Shown here: positions 1 to 14,302 of the stretch, in pieces
Position numbering within the stretch: the stretch's first letter is position 1
Layout of the letters: every line of letters begins with the position of its first letter
Origin: Kondoa subrosea
Taxonomy: Eukaryota
Direction of reading: 5' to 3'
NCBI GenBank assembly: GCA_039545335.1
Contig: BCIN01000001.1
Span: forward strand, 4,067,347-4,131,346
DNA: 64,000 nt
Translations under genes and position numbers: made by a program
The notes under the pieces: generated by a model
The model's input: the letters and a program-made list of their open reading frames with translations, nothing else
The model's database searches: none
Told to the model about the DNA's origin: nothing

Positions 1-166
1 GACAGATTTTGTTGATATCTGTCGTTGCTGCATCTGGAGCAGGAAGGGTAGCGGATCGATCCAGAACGGTTACATTTTCATAACCTCGCTTGAGCAAGTG
101 ATAGGCTGTGGAGATACCATAGCAGCCTGCACCAATGATGAGGACAGATGGCTTCTTTTGGGCCAT
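1..166 (-). CDS. FAD-dependent oxidoreductase, sarcosine/pipecolate/fructosyl-amine oxidase family (N-terminus only, runs off window)
   Basis: Manual translation from ATG at 166: MAQKKPSVLIIGAGCYGISTAYHLLKRGYENVTVLDRSATLPAPDAATTDINKIC. It has the Rossmann GxGxxG motif plus the AAxxDINKI motif of this family. Not in the ORF track. Confidence 0.85.
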   Translation of the reverse strand, partial: MAQKKPSVLIIGAGCYGISTAYHLLKRGYENVTVLDRSATLPAPDAATTDINKIC

Positions 167-1142
167 TCTGAGGACAAAAGATTGATTGGACGGCGAACAG
201 GATTGAGGAGAAGTACTTCAGTTCAAAAGTGTGATGTAGCGGAGTTCGAAAGAGCGGTGCTTGAGTTTGTGGACACAAGTGACCGAAGTCCGACACAGCA
301 GCAGAGAAGAGGCACGGAAATTGACGAGCACAGCTACAGCTTCCGTTCGATGACTTGAGAAGAGAATAAGAAAGGGAGAAAGAAACGCAAATAATCAGAC
401 GCTGGATCATGGTAGCCGTAGTAGAACACACGTAGCAAGCTTGAAGCATCAACGATAGGAAGTCATGAAAGCCACGTTGCTCTTGAGCACAATCTTGTCA
501 TTCAACGCCGAATCTCTCTGGCCTCAGATATGGTATGCTACTTCGCGCGATGTCTGGGGGAAGTGACTAGAGCTGATCTTTTCACGCAAAGTCGTCAACT
601 GGGAACAAGGCGATTTCTTAAATAATATGCGAAAGTGTCGCGCTGAATAAAGGCAAACAACAGGCTACACCGCTACGAGTGCGCAAGAAGAATGAGCTGT
701 ATGCGAAGCGGGCGCGAGATGGAAAGACAGGCGTAGCTCCAATCAAGCAAATCACTGGCTCGCGTCTACCTCCTTGGGTCTTGTAAGTTTCGCTTACTGT
801 AGCTCATCATCATTTCAGCTCATGGTCTCGTTCCGTAGATACGTTGTCGGCTTCGTAGTGTTTGGAGGTGTTTTCTTGGAGATGCTGAGGTAGAGCCTCT
901 AAGCTGTCATGACATGTAGCTGCTGACTATACCTGTCATGCAGGTTGATCTTCCTATAATTGAAGCGAAGGAAAAGGACATGGTCGGTATATCATGGTTT
1001 TGAGCATATCCCCATTTGCATTGCACCCAAAAGTTCAGAATTTGTACATCTTTTTCAAAGTTCCCATTACTCGATATCATCAACTCTGTTCCAGTATGTC
1101 ATCAGCAATTACTCACTACCCCGTATGTAAAGGAAAAAGGAC

Positions 1143-2882
1143 TCACGGAATAACGACTGTATCTGCTGCAGTAATGTTTCTTGCCGGGTTCCAGACCTGA
1201 AGCACATTATCTTCCGCAACACTAGCCAAAGTCCATTTAGCGTTTTGATTCCAGCTGAGATCAGTGATGATGTCTGTGTGACCGCCATGCATAAACATCA
1301 GTTCAGGCGGACCATCTTCAGCATCTTCTGGCGTTTGCTCTAATCCGATTGAAGCCATGTTCCAGACATTAATGCGACGATCATTGGAACCAGAAGCAAA
1401 GACTGTTGCGTTGTGAGGTGAGAAAGATACTTGAAGAACTTCGTCTTGATGAGAATGGAAAGTGTGCATTTCTTTCTTCATGTTTCGCATGTCCCATAAT
1501 CGAATGGTCTGTCAGCGTATAGTGAGCCTTCATCAGCTTACTGAAGTATGGCAAGAACCGACCTTGTCCGAAGAACCGGTAAGAAGGATGTTCTTGTCTG
1601 CAGGACTGAAAGCAACGGTGTTGACTTCCGCATCATGCGCCTCAATGTCAACCGTGGGTTTTACTGTTGAACCAGCATTGCCTCTCGTGTCCCATCTGAA
1701 TAGACAGGTCAGTATTTCCAAAAGACAGCGCAAGGAGGCACGTACATCAGCAGTCTTTTGTCGTCTCCGACCGAAGCGAAAAGTTCTGAACTAAATGAAT
1801 GCCATGCGACGTCCTATTTCTAAAGTAAGTGTCAGAAGCTTAGTAAAGGAGTCCAGCATACCTCTACATTCGCTGTGTGACTCTTGTAAACTCCAAGCGG
1901 TTCCATTACTGAGTTGGCTTTTGAATAAGCATTCACATCCCTGTATGCATAATCTAGTTATGAGCAAATGGGAATTGCCCAAGCCAATTGAGCGCACCAA
2001 TGACAGACAGTAGTGTCTTCTGATGAACTGAGGATGTGACCTTTTCCTCCATCTGTCGGGTTCCAAGCTAAACCATAACCTTCTTTCGAATGACCTCTCA
2101 GAGTGATTTGAGGGTTAACCGTATCGTTGGTAGGGTTGGAAGGATGTTTGGTTCGATCAAAGATGCACACTGTTCCTGCAATAGTTTTGGTTGCTAGCAG
2201 ATCTGGGTTCTGAGGCATATATCGTGCTCGATTAACTTCCCCTTCGTGATTGATTGATTGAGTGATCTTGAATCGCGGTCCAGTATCCGTGTGAGAACCA
2301 ATTTCTACTCTCGATCAGACAAGAAAGAACAGATTTGCCAATATGATCATACCTCCTCGCGAATCATCATAAGCTGATTCTTTCAACTCAGTGGTCATCT
2401 TCGGTAGATGAACAGCAGCGATCTGTAGCAAGTTCTTCTCATTGTCTGAGGTATGAGTTCCAATAAGCATTCGATGGACTGTGTAATCCTTGTCTGGCGG
2501 GCTGAACAGGACAATGGTGAGCGAAGAGCTCTTGCATAAGGAAGGCTATCTACCTTTCTACATCTGGGAACCATTGTGCTGTCAAAGAAGGCCAGTCCAA
2601 AGCTGTTCGACAGTCAAGAAAGCAGGCAGCGAGATTTGCAGTTATGCACACCTTGAGTAATGACCAGGTCGTACAGAACGTAAGCATTCTTCTTCCATAG
2701 CTTATATTCCTCCTGTGAACGAACCAGACAGCCTTTGAGTGCACCTTCTAAAATCTAGTAAGAGGTGTGCTTACATTGACGAGCTGAAAACAAAGCAGTT
2801 AGCACGCGTTACCTTGCGCTTTACGAGAGCTTACCTTGTTCTGATCAGCATTTTCCATAGAATCCACGTCTTCGACAGCCAT
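1143..2882 (-). CDS. HAT2: Histone-binding WD40 protein (Hat2/RBBP4/Mis16), multi-exon
   Basis: Spliced peptide [69 protein letters not shown] and EQTPEDAEDGPPELMFMHGGHT..DLSWN. Includes a 9-nt exon at 2775-2783. Confidence 0.93.
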
Positions 2883-3073
2883 GATAGATGGAGCGTTAAA
2901 GTGAAGTTGAGCTGTAGGCAAGTCTGCGGCTGTGGATGAGCTAGGGATGCCAGACAGATCTCAGTGTTATTGACTGACTGTCGTGCGACTGAGGCAGAAG
3001 CAGTAAAGGGTAAGGCGGCTCGTCGTCTCTTGTTTAGCTTTCATGCATAAAATACTCTTGACCTGGAACTTCG

Positions 3074-6000
3074 ATGTTCTCGAGCTTGAGAGCCTCAAAG
3101 GCTGCGACTATTCTGCAGAATCAAGATTACTCAAAAGGCTTAAAGTCTGCTGCTGCATGGAGTCAAGCAGATCTGTCGAGTCTGGGCATTGCTGGAGAAA
3201 TTGCTTGCTTGGCCTATGATCCTGTTTCTAGCTTGTTGTGTGTTGCAACGAAAGCTGGTCACTGCTATCTCTTTGGTAATCCTGTTCGCTTTCCCATCTT
3301 TTCGAATGGAAGCTCGTTTCTTAGAGCTTGTCATGTGTCGTCAGGGTGTTCATATATCTTGGTGCAACAAGCCTGCACATCCAATCAAGCTGCTGGCATT
3401 CAGACCGAACTCTTCTCTTCTTATTACAGTCAGTTCCTTACCAGCGGATCTTCTGTGCTTCTTCTCACCTTAAATGCACACTCCTGTACTTCTAGATAGA
3501 TACAAGGGACACTCTAATCTTGTGGGATCTAGCTACTCTTTCTCCTTCAACACAAGAACCTACACGCAAATCTGTGCATAGCTTAAGATCCAACGCAACC
3601 TGTCTCGAAACTTCTCCTTATATCGCTCATGCTTTTATTGGGTACAAAGATGGCACTGTAGATGCTTTCGATACGGATTCTGGGAAAAGTTCAACAGCTT
3701 ATAGAATACCTAATTGTTGGTTAGAGCAAGAAGAATTGTTAAGGCGTTCTGGTGTACCGGGTGCTGCTAGTCGCCGTCATATACCTGTCGGCAAACACCA
3801 TCTCGTTGTATATCGATTTATGCTGATACTCTGATCTCAGTTCTGCTTGGATGTCAAGATGCATCCTACTGATCTTAATATCTTACTAGTCGCTTACGAA
3901 GGTGGTTGTGTTATATGGAACTTGAAGGAGAAGAGAGTTGAGAAAGCATACGAGCTTTGTTTCCCTCCTGGCGCGCCTGGTGGAAATGATGAAAAGGGAG
4001 ACGCCTTGTTCAGCGAAAGAAGACCTCAAGTGACTTGCATTGCTTGGAGGCCGGATGGATTGATATTTGCTGTTGGTCATGAAGATGGATCGCTTGCTTT
4101 CTGGAGTATCGAAGATGAAGACAAACCCATCACTGTTCGAACATTGGACAAAGAAGATATACATCTCGCTAATGCCGAATCGGTCTTTGAGGATTCCTCA
4201 GTAGACGAACAAGGTATATCCCGAAGCCGTATGAACAGAGAACCCATCTTCAAGATCGTCTGGAGTGGATTCAGAACAACTTCCTTAGCGGAAAACATCT
4301 ATTCCAAATTCGCTCCTACAGCTTCTACTTCTCAAATACCCCCTGCAGTCGATGAATCGGAAACAGCTTCCTCAGCTATCGGTACCACTCTGACTGTCCT
4401 TGGCGGACTTTTGCCAAAAGACCAGCTCGGCGTTCACGTTCTCAACTTCCCGCCTTTCGCTGCTCCTTACACTACTACACTGTCGAGCGCAGCCAGTCCT
4501 TCTTCTCCGCAGATAGTACCAGCTACACGTCAAGCTCTGAAGACTTCAGTCACTCCGTCTTCACGTATTGTCTACTCAACAAGCACCTCAGCTGAAGATT
4601 TCTTGCTCTTGCCTCGGAGTCCTTATCACGGATCTGCTTTCGATCCTTCGGCTATAATCATCACCTATGGCTCAGATGGTACCTTACCTGATTTCCCTTC
4701 CCAGTTAGCTCCTACTCGATCCTTCACCGCATACTCTTGCCCCTCTTCTCCTCATCATCAACAACGTCTCGCTTTACCTCCACTATTAGAAATGACTGGA
4801 GAGTCAAGAGTCACAAAGGCTACCATTGAAACCTGTTCTGGTCAGGCGTACAATCAGCTTACGGCCATGAAGATCACAGACAGCTTGCCAGATCTTCCTA
4901 TCACTGGCGGTAAAGCTACTCCTCGTTTACATCCTTCAACTATCGGTCAATCTCATCCCTCTGCTCTAGTCCTGGAACGCAAGAAGATTCTCGTCACTGC
5001 TCATCTGAATTCCACAATCCGGTTCTGGGATATTTCTTCTTCGTTATTGGCAGAGCCGAAACAAAGTACAGACTCTGCCCAACATATCTTATCACATCAC
5101 TACCCAAATCATCTAGCGACTATAGATTTGCGTGATATACTCAGAAACAGTCGCAAATTGGTTGCTTGTCAGCTCTATCGATCAACACCATCGTTGGTCA
5201 GTATAACAGATTTCTCTGTCTCCTTGGAATCACTTGAAGTAACTGTTGCACTCAGTACGGGAGAAGTAGTGCTGTACCGCTATGGTCATATTTTGGGAGC
5301 AACGGACAGTATAGAGCAAGAGTACGAAGCTGAAGATCAACTGGCTGATCTAAACATCGCACAACCGGAAGAGCATGTCGGTCGCGCCAAATCCCTCCTC
5401 AAACCGCTTCGACCGAAACGTTCTTCGAAACGCGCTACGCAAGCTACAGAAGCTCAACATGCTCCTTCCTCTCATCTGGAACTCATCGATCTATCTTCGG
5501 TCAATACTTCAGCAGGAGGAGCAATCTTCTCAGCCGTCTTTGCTCTCCCAGCCCCTCCAAATTCTAGAGTCAGCTGTCTATCGATCAATAGCATCGGCTT
5601 TCTTGCAATCACTTGGCAGACTGGTTTGATTGTTATGCTGGATCTTCGGGGTCCGGAGATTATACTTCAGCAACAGACTTCAAGCGCATGCAAACTGTTG
5701 ACTTGGGCCATAGCTGGTATAGATCACGGTAGGCTTCTCGACTCCGCCGGCTCGCTTATTTCCTTAATGAGTGAATGCAGATGTTGAACCTGGTTTACGC
5801 TTGAATGCATCGTATGAGAGTGGTGAAACTCGTATATACAGCCTGAAGCACGCTCTGCACACTTGGCTCTGCAATGCCGAATCAGTTCAAACGTCGGAAC
5901 ACTCGAGTCTGGCACAACCTCTGAGTTGCATGATTCTTGACTCTCGGGGCCATAGCTGCGAACCGACTGGCCAGACTCTGCAATCTCTTCTGAACGAGGA

Positions 6001-7007
6001 CAATTTCGATCAACCAGCCAAAGACGAACTACATTCGCTCATGGTGACGGCTGCTCGACGCTCTGTCTCAGCTATCATTAATACAACAGGCACAAGATTC
6101 AGCAAGTACGAATCTTCTCTACCTCTGATCTCTGCGAAAGTGGTTACTAAAGACAACGCTTCTGCTGTAATTCTCATGGCTGAACATGGGACAGTCATTG
6201 GCTTGCGATTGCCTCAGCTTGAAGAAGTGTATCGATCTCAGCGTCAACCTGGCTCACAAGATTCTCGATTGAGGACATCTATGTCTATATCATCAGAAGG
6301 CGATTACTTGGAATGCTTCGAATCTGGTCTCGTTATCTCGACAGCTTTCAATTTCAGTCGCTTTGGTTCTCCACAGCTAGATCTGTCTTCCCCTCATCAT
6401 ACCTTGTTAGAAAACCCCTTCGCCAGCAATGTAGCAAAGAGTGTATCCAGCTGGTTTGGCAGTAAATTCACCATGACATCCGCTGCCCTTGACGAGCTAC
6501 GTGAGCCAACGTCTGTATTACCTTGTTTCGATGCTAAGCAGTAATCTAGTCGGCGGACCAGATCGACCTAAACCCAAACCTCGACCTCAATCGATTTCCA
6601 AAGCTACGACTTCTGCTGCAGTAACGAAGAATGGAGACTCTTGGTTCTCATCTTTGCCTCAATTACCTAGTTTCGCAGCGAAAAATGAAAATCTGCATGT
6701 TAGAGATATTCCGGAGGCAAGATCTGCAAGGGCAGAGATGGCTCAAACAAACAAGGCTTTGGAAGAGAGAGGAGAGATGCTGGATAGTCTGAACGATTCC
6801 ATGAATAGCATAGCGCAAGGTGAGGCTAAATTGACTCTCAGCCAGCGGAACAGTGCAACCGTGCTCATCCCTCTCAAAGGCGCGTCAAGTATGCTTAAGG
6901 AAGCCAAAACTCTTGCTTTCAAGCAGGGTTTGAAGAGCAAGGTAAGTTTCACCTGTTGAACATGAGTCAACGCTGAAGCAATATAATAGTTTGGTTCATA
7001 TTTCTAA
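3074..7007 (+). CDS. SRO7: Lethal giant larvae/tomosyn-like WD40 polarity protein with C-terminal R-SNARE-like motif
   Basis: N-terminal GIAGEIACLAYDPVSSLL, WD40 segments (LLVAYEGG, CIAWRPDGLIFAVGHEDGSLAFW, REPIFKIVW, SINSIGFLA) and C-terminal NKALEERGEMLDSLNDSM. Last exon FGSYF* is inferred. Confidence 0.85.
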
Positions 7008-7082
7008 CTAGAATGTAACATGAGGGTAACCCTAAATGCTCCATATTGTACAACATTAGACTCTAGACATGTACAGCACGCT

Positions 7083-10000
7083 TTATGTAACGATTTTACG
7101 CATCTCAGGGAAAAGAGCTTGTAAGAGCTATGCACAAATCATGAGGTTGAGTATTCACTACTTGCGGAGATCCTCACATCATCAGCGATTGTATAGATCA
7201 GGTGTTTCGTCAACCGCCTATTCTGCAGCACAGCAAAGATGAGGCGCGCGGCTTTGCGAGAGTTGGATCCACCAATGAGATTTGCAGCCACGTCCGGTAA
7301 GATGATGCCCAGGCGCCTGTTCGCAGCAGTTTTTGTGGCTTGCTTCTGTTCCATCGTTCTCAGCTCAGAAGGTGGTTTCAAATGCCCATCAGGAAACATG
7401 ATATTCTTGAAGGTGTCAGCATATATGACCAAGTTCTCGTTGTCCAGCGCGATCTTTACGCCATCTCGCAATTTCCTGTCAAACAAAGTAAGCGACATGT
7501 TTAGCAGCCAAGCGGAAACTACACACCTTTCGATAGTACCCCCAAGAAAGGTTTGCAGAATGATCAAAACAGCTTGTCGACGAAGCCAATTATTTCTCTC
7601 CTTGAGCTCGAAGAGCTCGACAAATAGATCACAGATAGGAGTAGTGAAGTAGCTGAGTTCTTCCGGATTTACCACAGAAAGGTCTGAAGCATTGAGACCT
7701 TCCGAATCCTCGCGCGCGACGGTAGAACCTCCCAAACCGGCAAAGTCAGCGGTCTGCTGACCAAGTCGAACTGCTACAGCTTCGACCAAAGTTGGGCCTG
7801 CCAGCAATTCGTCGAACCCAATGGCAAGAGATTTGTACAAAGTCTTCATGACGCCCTGAGCGGGAAACATGTCAGCCAAGCGCTTGCTGGAAGCACCATC
7901 CTTTGCCAATTGAGGTAAATTTATGGTCTGAGTAGACAAGAAGGCTTGAAGTTCAGGTGTTGAGCAAGCAAACGCATTTGCTACAAGAGCCTGCTCGCAA
8001 CGTCATGTTTCATAGCAAGACAGTCAAGAATGCATCTTACCTGTAGATACTTCTCTAGACCAAGTCTACGATGTTGCACAGCGGAGTCGGACAAAGAACT
8101 GACAAGTCGCTTCCCAGGCAGATCGAGTTGCTTCAATGCTGGATATCGCTCTTTCAAGACAGCGCTTAGGGTAGAGAACTCGCTGTATCTTCTTGTGGCA
8201 AGCCAGCCTGAAGCTTCCATAGAATCGTCTACCAATTGACGAACCTCAATCAAATATCTAAACCGATTCCCTCAGCAATCGGGTGACATAAGATTGATCA
8301 ATACCGACAGAGCAAATTTCAAGCCATCTGATTCGCCTATTGTACTACCCGGTATAAAGACAGTAGTCGTGCTTGGGCTGATCGGGATTTGACTCGCTTG
8401 AGCATCTCGCTTCTTCTCCAATTCGAGGGTACGAAGTTGTCTCGAGATGGCCTCAATTGAACTTCCTAGCAACTTCATTTCTGACTTTTTGCCTTTGATG
8501 GTCGATACACGAAGCATATCGCTCAATGCATTGACGTGGTTCTGCAAAGTAGCTATACGCAAATCGACTTTCGCATCTGCCAGAGGTAGACTGATGGATG
8601 ATGGGCTGATAAGACTACTACGTCCCGGCAGGCTCTCGATCGAGGCTGATAAGGAAAACTGATCGGCTTCTTCCATCTCTGGAGTTGCTTCATTGATCTG
8701 GCGAGTAGGAAGATCGCCACTGATAGCGGTTGAGGGTTTAGCTTTGATTGATTGGTGTTCCAAGCTTGATAAAGTACTCTTCCGTGAAAGACCAGGCGTT
8801 AAACTTGAAATATCTGCAGAACTGGCAGGCTGGCCTATATCCAACGAAACAGTGCTATTCTCGCTTGCTGATCGCATAGCCGATCGTCTCGGTCGTATTT
8901 CCTCTTCACTAGTACCAGCCAAGATACTGCTAAGAGCCTCTTGAATGGCTTCCATAGTTTCAGCTTTAGCTTTAATTTCGGATCCGTCTCCGCCGAACAA
9001 GGGAGTTCGCGCTTCTGCATCCTCGTTGCCGAAAAGGAAGCCCAATCCTTCTGTATTCATATCAGGAGACATAGGAGGACTTCGAGGGATATCTTCCGAA
9101 GGTTGGCTGAGAGAAAAACTTGGCGGAGCTGTGTCGTTTCTGGCGAGCACTTTGGGTTTGCTGGTATTCATGAAAGATGGGAGCAGAGATGGAAAGCCAG
9201 CTCGACGAGTAGAAGTAGTTGGTGAAGTAGAACTTGAGGAACTCCGTGATGGTTGGGGGCTTTTAAACGAGATTCCGGGCAAGCTACTTTTGCGATTACG
9301 AATCTTACGTGGAGTTATAGGAGGAGAGATACTTCCATCAGATGAGAAACAAGAGAGAGCCTTAAAGTACAAATCACTTCGCTTGAAAGATGCAAAATCC
9401 TCATCTTCCATTTCTGTAAGTGCTTCCGCTTGTAAGGTAAGTAATGTCTTCCGAGCCTGAGCGACGTCATTTTGATCAGGAGTAGGTATAGATAAGAAGA
9501 GCTGGAGAGCATTGATGTGATCTTCCAACGGAAGTATTGGATTGGCCGCGAAATAATTTGACCATATGAATTCCACATCATCCCGAGTAAGTCCAGACTC
9601 CGGCGCTTTCGAATTCTCAGCTAGAGGAGCTTCTTTGAGGCCTTCGACCAGTAGCCAAAACTGTATCAGAGGAGATCGGTGTTTTCGATCCATATGTTCT
9701 AACCAATGCGAAAGCGAAGTTGGATGTTGCAGTAGCCGAAGAAGAGAGACCTCTTGCCCAGGAAGACTCGACAGAGTATCGCGAGACTGGAGTAAAGAGA
9801 TTTACTGGAGCTCGATGAGCGTTCGAAGAAACACTCACTGTATCTCCACCTAAGTCCTGAATACGAGTCTCGACCAATTTCTTTGCTGCTTGTAATTTGT
9901 CTACTTGTAAAGGTGCTGGTTTACCAGCTGGTACTGGTCCGCTAGAGGGACCATCAGGAAAGCTGGCGCGCTTTAGAGCCAGAGTGATATCGCTCCGCAG

Positions 10001-11182
10001 TCGACGTGCTTCAGCGAGAGATGAACAGCGCCTGATAGACTTGAGAAAGCTTTCATAATCCTTCTCGTTTGTGATAGAGTTAATTGATATGATTGCTTTG
10101 TCTGCTTTCGCTGCTTTGTTCCCGGTAGTAACATGAGCCGGTCCAGCCAAAGGTGTGCTTTCGAGAGCTGCAAGTAGCTGATCTACCATTCGTCGTTCCT
10201 GCATGATCGCTGCAATCTGTGGAATTTGGCAGACTCAGCTTTAGACTGAGCGAGCGATCTAGACATACTTTTTCATCCAACAGCTTGTTCCAGAAGTCCG
10301 GATCGGAAAGCATATCAATTATGGGTAACGCAATAGTAGAAGCGACAATTTCTCTTGTTACAGTAAACACCGCGCGAGAAGATGCTTCCCTTCAAGATTG
10401 TCAGTCTTGTCTAAGCCGACGCTGACTGCTAAAACAACGCACGCTTTAGGCATAATTAGTTCTAACATAGCAGTCACTCGCGAACGTAGCCATTTCTCTT
10501 CAGACGGTCTTGTATTGAGACTGGCAACGTTGACAGCTTCATGCAATCTTTTGTTGGGTAGTTCAGCAGCGTATCTAGAGGCTAGAGCAAGATCTAGTTC
10601 GCTATCAGCAACAGAGATTCCGCCAGCGATCTTGAAGGTTTGCAAATGCAGAGTCACTTTTGGTAGAATGATGGAAACTATTAAATGCGGCCAGTCCAGC
10701 GCTTCAGCTCGCTTGATGACTCCAGCCAGACAATAGCGTATAATGCTTTCGACGGCAGCTGGGAAAGCTCGAGGTGCATAGGCGCTAATGACCGGAATAT
10801 ACCAAGCCAGAACGAAGTTCCTGATGATGAGTGACAGGACTTGATCGATAGCTTCTGTTGCTTGCTGATCTAGAAGAGGGTGAAGTGCTTGCTTGACTGG
10901 TTTTTCTGCAGTCTCAGCTGCCCATTGATATTTAGTTTGTACAGAGGTCCAAGTTGCAGGGGTGGTGAAAGCTAGCCTGGTTGTAGTCTTGATCGCTCTT
11001 GCACTTGCTGCTCTCCTCTTACTCGCCCAATAGGACCCTAGCAAGCAGAAAGCCGGTCCAAGAAGCACCGAGCATGACAATCCGACGATGCAAGCTAAGA
11101 TCAGATAAGGTCGCAAGTAAAGACTGGCTAGTGCCGCTGCTAGCAAGCCAGTGGATATGGACAGCTTGTGGTATGTAGCCAT
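7083..11182 (-). CDS. MDM1: PXA-RGS-PX-PXC sorting nexin (Mdm1/SNX14 family) with N-terminal TM segments
   Basis: PXA (LIIRNFVLAWY; LPIIDMLSDPDFWN), RGS (LIQFWLLVE..F..FKRSDLY), PX (RRYSEFSTL...LPGK..RRLGLEKYL) and nexin-C (NWLRRQAV..ILQTFLGGTIER; LQNRRLTKHLIY) motifs across exons. Confidence 0.88.
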
Positions 11183-11391
11183 TCCATGCTGAGGTATCTC
11201 GCGAAGCACTTGGTATAGCGGGTCGTTGCGCGTCAACAAAGATCAATCATCTGAGAATATCAAAGGGTCACAGTCACAGTCACGCCAATCTCTCCATTCT
11301 TCTTCTCTGTACAACGTGTCAAATGTTCCCTCACAAAGCCAGAATTTTCGCCGAGTCCTAAACTTCAGCATATCTGTCGGTCTTCGACTGC

Positions 11392-14302
11392 TTATGCAGC
11401 ACTTGCTGTCTCATGTTGATAACGACCAGACCCCTTCGAGAAGACATCGCGAGTGATGCCTTTACATATACTAATGAGCGCTGATCTTGACTCAAACTAA
11501 ACAGTAAACTTCAGTACTGAGGAATATCTTTCAATCGCTGCATGAAGAACTCACTACAGGATAGATAACGACAATTCCCGTCGAGCAGAAGACCCAAGCT
11601 AGGGAAATTCGTCAGATCGGAAATGCATCTTCGGTATAGATTATACTGACTGAATGCTACCGCAATCCAAGCAGTGAACCCGGTTTTGGGAAAGACGTAG
11701 GAAGAGCCGAATAGCCTGTAACAAAGATCAGCATCTATGAAGCATATTACTATGTACTCACGGCAAGGGAATCAAGAGCATCAAAACGGTAAAAAGCGAG
11801 ATTGAACTGTACAAGGCGAATCTGAAGGCTTTCCTGAGGCGAGCTAGATCCACAGTAGATTGTTCTTGTTCCATGACAGGTACTTCTCTGCTGATGACAC
11901 GCTTGGTCTCATCTGATGAGTCGGAATCTTTCTCCTCGATGATCTTGCTCTCCGAATTTATAGCAGGTATAGCAGATGGCACGATCTCATTGGCGGAGTC
12001 ATGTGGGATAGTGTTCATTCTACGAGTGACCTGAGGGCACATGTTAGCCTTGTGAGAATACTTGAGAGTTACTTACTTCGAAATCAAAATTGTCAGGCCA
12101 GATAAAGGTAGTTACCAAAGTGATAATTGTGCCAACTGAAATCGAAAGAATATTGCCAGCTAACATTGGATAGTCCCCACCAAGGGCATCAACCGAGATC
12201 TGCCAAGTAACGTACAGGTCAGACAGCATATGAGAAAGGTTTGAGACTAACCTCTCCCTCTGTTGCATAACACACACCCAGCCAACCAGCTAGAGCCACT
12301 ACTACACCGATGACTGCGCCTGCAACTGCTCCATTCTTGTTTGTCTATGCAAGTCATCAGTTTAGTGTAGAAAACTTTGATTTCTCAAGATACTTTGGAA
12401 GACATAATTGCCATAGCAATCGGAGTAACCGCAGAACCAAGAGCACAGCCCATCCACTCGTAAAGCCACGACAGATTGATGCCGATGTAGTAGAACATCA
12501 GTCCAAGCAAGCTCATAATGAATCCATAACCAATAATTCCAGCGTGGGAAACAAATATAATTTGCTTCTCTGTTGGTTTCTTGTTGATATATGGAATGTA
12601 GACATCGTAGGTGAGAAGAGATGAGACAGCGATAAGTTCAGCACTGGTAGCTGAAGTGACGGCCAAAAAGAGCAATACGAGCATCATAGCTCCTCCTGAT
12701 TTGCCCAAAAGAGCGACAGCTGCTGCTGGTGCTGGTAATCCAGCTGATACATCGCTTGGAAGAAGTGCGAATGGGTAGGTTGGGAAACTAGGTTGGCCAG
12801 TCAGTGCTCGAGCAGTAAGACCCATTGTGGTCGCGAACTAAGAGAAAAAAATGAGCTCATGAGACAGCCTTTATATTCAGAGGATGTAACTGACGCCAAA
12901 CGGCACAGCGAACCACGCGAGACCGCCCAAAAGAAAGCCTTTTACTGCTGTATCTCTAATAGAACGCTCAGCCGAACGGTCAAAATACGTAGTTGAGATC
13001 ACACACGGCGAAGACTGTGGTAACAAGTAATGCTGATCAGAGATAGACCGATCAGGCAAGCTACAGGATGCTTACGGCGATAGCACGCTGCCAGTATGCT
13101 TGATCGTTGAAAACTGTTGCGAAGTTTCTGTAGTGCCCTATGAGCTTTGCTAGGGCATGTTTGCGCCGAGCATCTTACCCAATGACGTTCAATACGCCGA
13201 AGATGCTGCAAATATTTGGTCAGCATCTTGCAGCACTTGCCATCGTTTCTGCACCCAGACTTACATTCCACTCTTGGAACGCATGGTCAAATAACTGCCC
13301 TCAGCATTGCCCGGTACTGGTTCGGCAAGTGCTTTCTCGACCAGCAGATTATACATTTCCGATGGCGACCCAATCAAATCAGATGTTGTGTAGACGGTAA
13401 ACAGGAAGATAATAATGAAGCACATCAGAAGTGTTGTATGAGTGTAGTCGCAAAGCAATGTGGCACGCATTCCACCACAAACGACGTCTTTCGGCAAAGT
13501 ACATAAGTACGAGATGACACGGCAAAGAATCAGCTTACAAAACACAACACCGACTGACCCTTTGGTCAGAAACTTCAATATTCTAGACCAGCTAGCACTG
13601 ACTGGGCGTAAGAAATACAGCCGCCAATGTGCTCATTCCAGTCAAAGCATGAACAGTAGCACTTCCTCCCAAAATGAGCATAGCGCTAACGATGATGTTG
13701 GTCGCGAGGGCAAAGAACAGAAATACTAGATGAGCTGCCGTGCCCCATCGACATTTGATGACTTGCAAACCTCGTCAGCTCAGATCGGCCTGTCAATAAG
13801 TAGATGGGACGCTCACCTTCGAGAAAAGTGTGAGCGTTAGGGGCATTTAGCTTGAGTTTTGCCGCGTTCTGGGCGAAAAGCAAAACTTGAACTATTCATC
13901 TCTTAAGACTCACACCACTTCAAGCACGATCATGCAAACAACTTACCTGTTGCTCCAGATGCGTACCAATAAGGACCACTGATACCAAACTTGTATGCCG
14001 TCGCAGATGACTGTAGAAGAGTCGCCGCCCAAGTCCAAGCACTGACGATCTGAAAAGTTCCAAAGTCAGAAGAATCGCATCTCTGACATTGAAAGACGTA
14101 CACCAGAAGCGATGAGCCCAGGTTTCACAGACCGAGAAGCACTTGTGAATTCTTCAGCTGAGCTGGGCTTGAATGCAGTATATCGAGCTTGAATGTATGT
14201 GATTCCAGCCATAAAAGCCGCAAAGAACAGTCCGACGCCTAACACCACACCATAGCCGACTGCTTGAGATAGCACCGGTACCATTTCTCCGCCGCTTGTC
14301 AT
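11392..14302 (-). CDS. DUR3: Urea active transporter (sodium:solute symporter family)
   Basis: [53 protein letters not shown], TDYxHT-like [18 protein letters not shown] and [22 protein letters not shown]. Terminal exon [12 protein letters not shown] is inferred. Confidence 0.93.

Noticed and set aside
7027..7035. TAACCCTAA telomere-like or telomerase-template-like motif
   Set aside because: A single 9-mer in a 75-bp gap between convergent genes, with no array and no room for a structured RNA.
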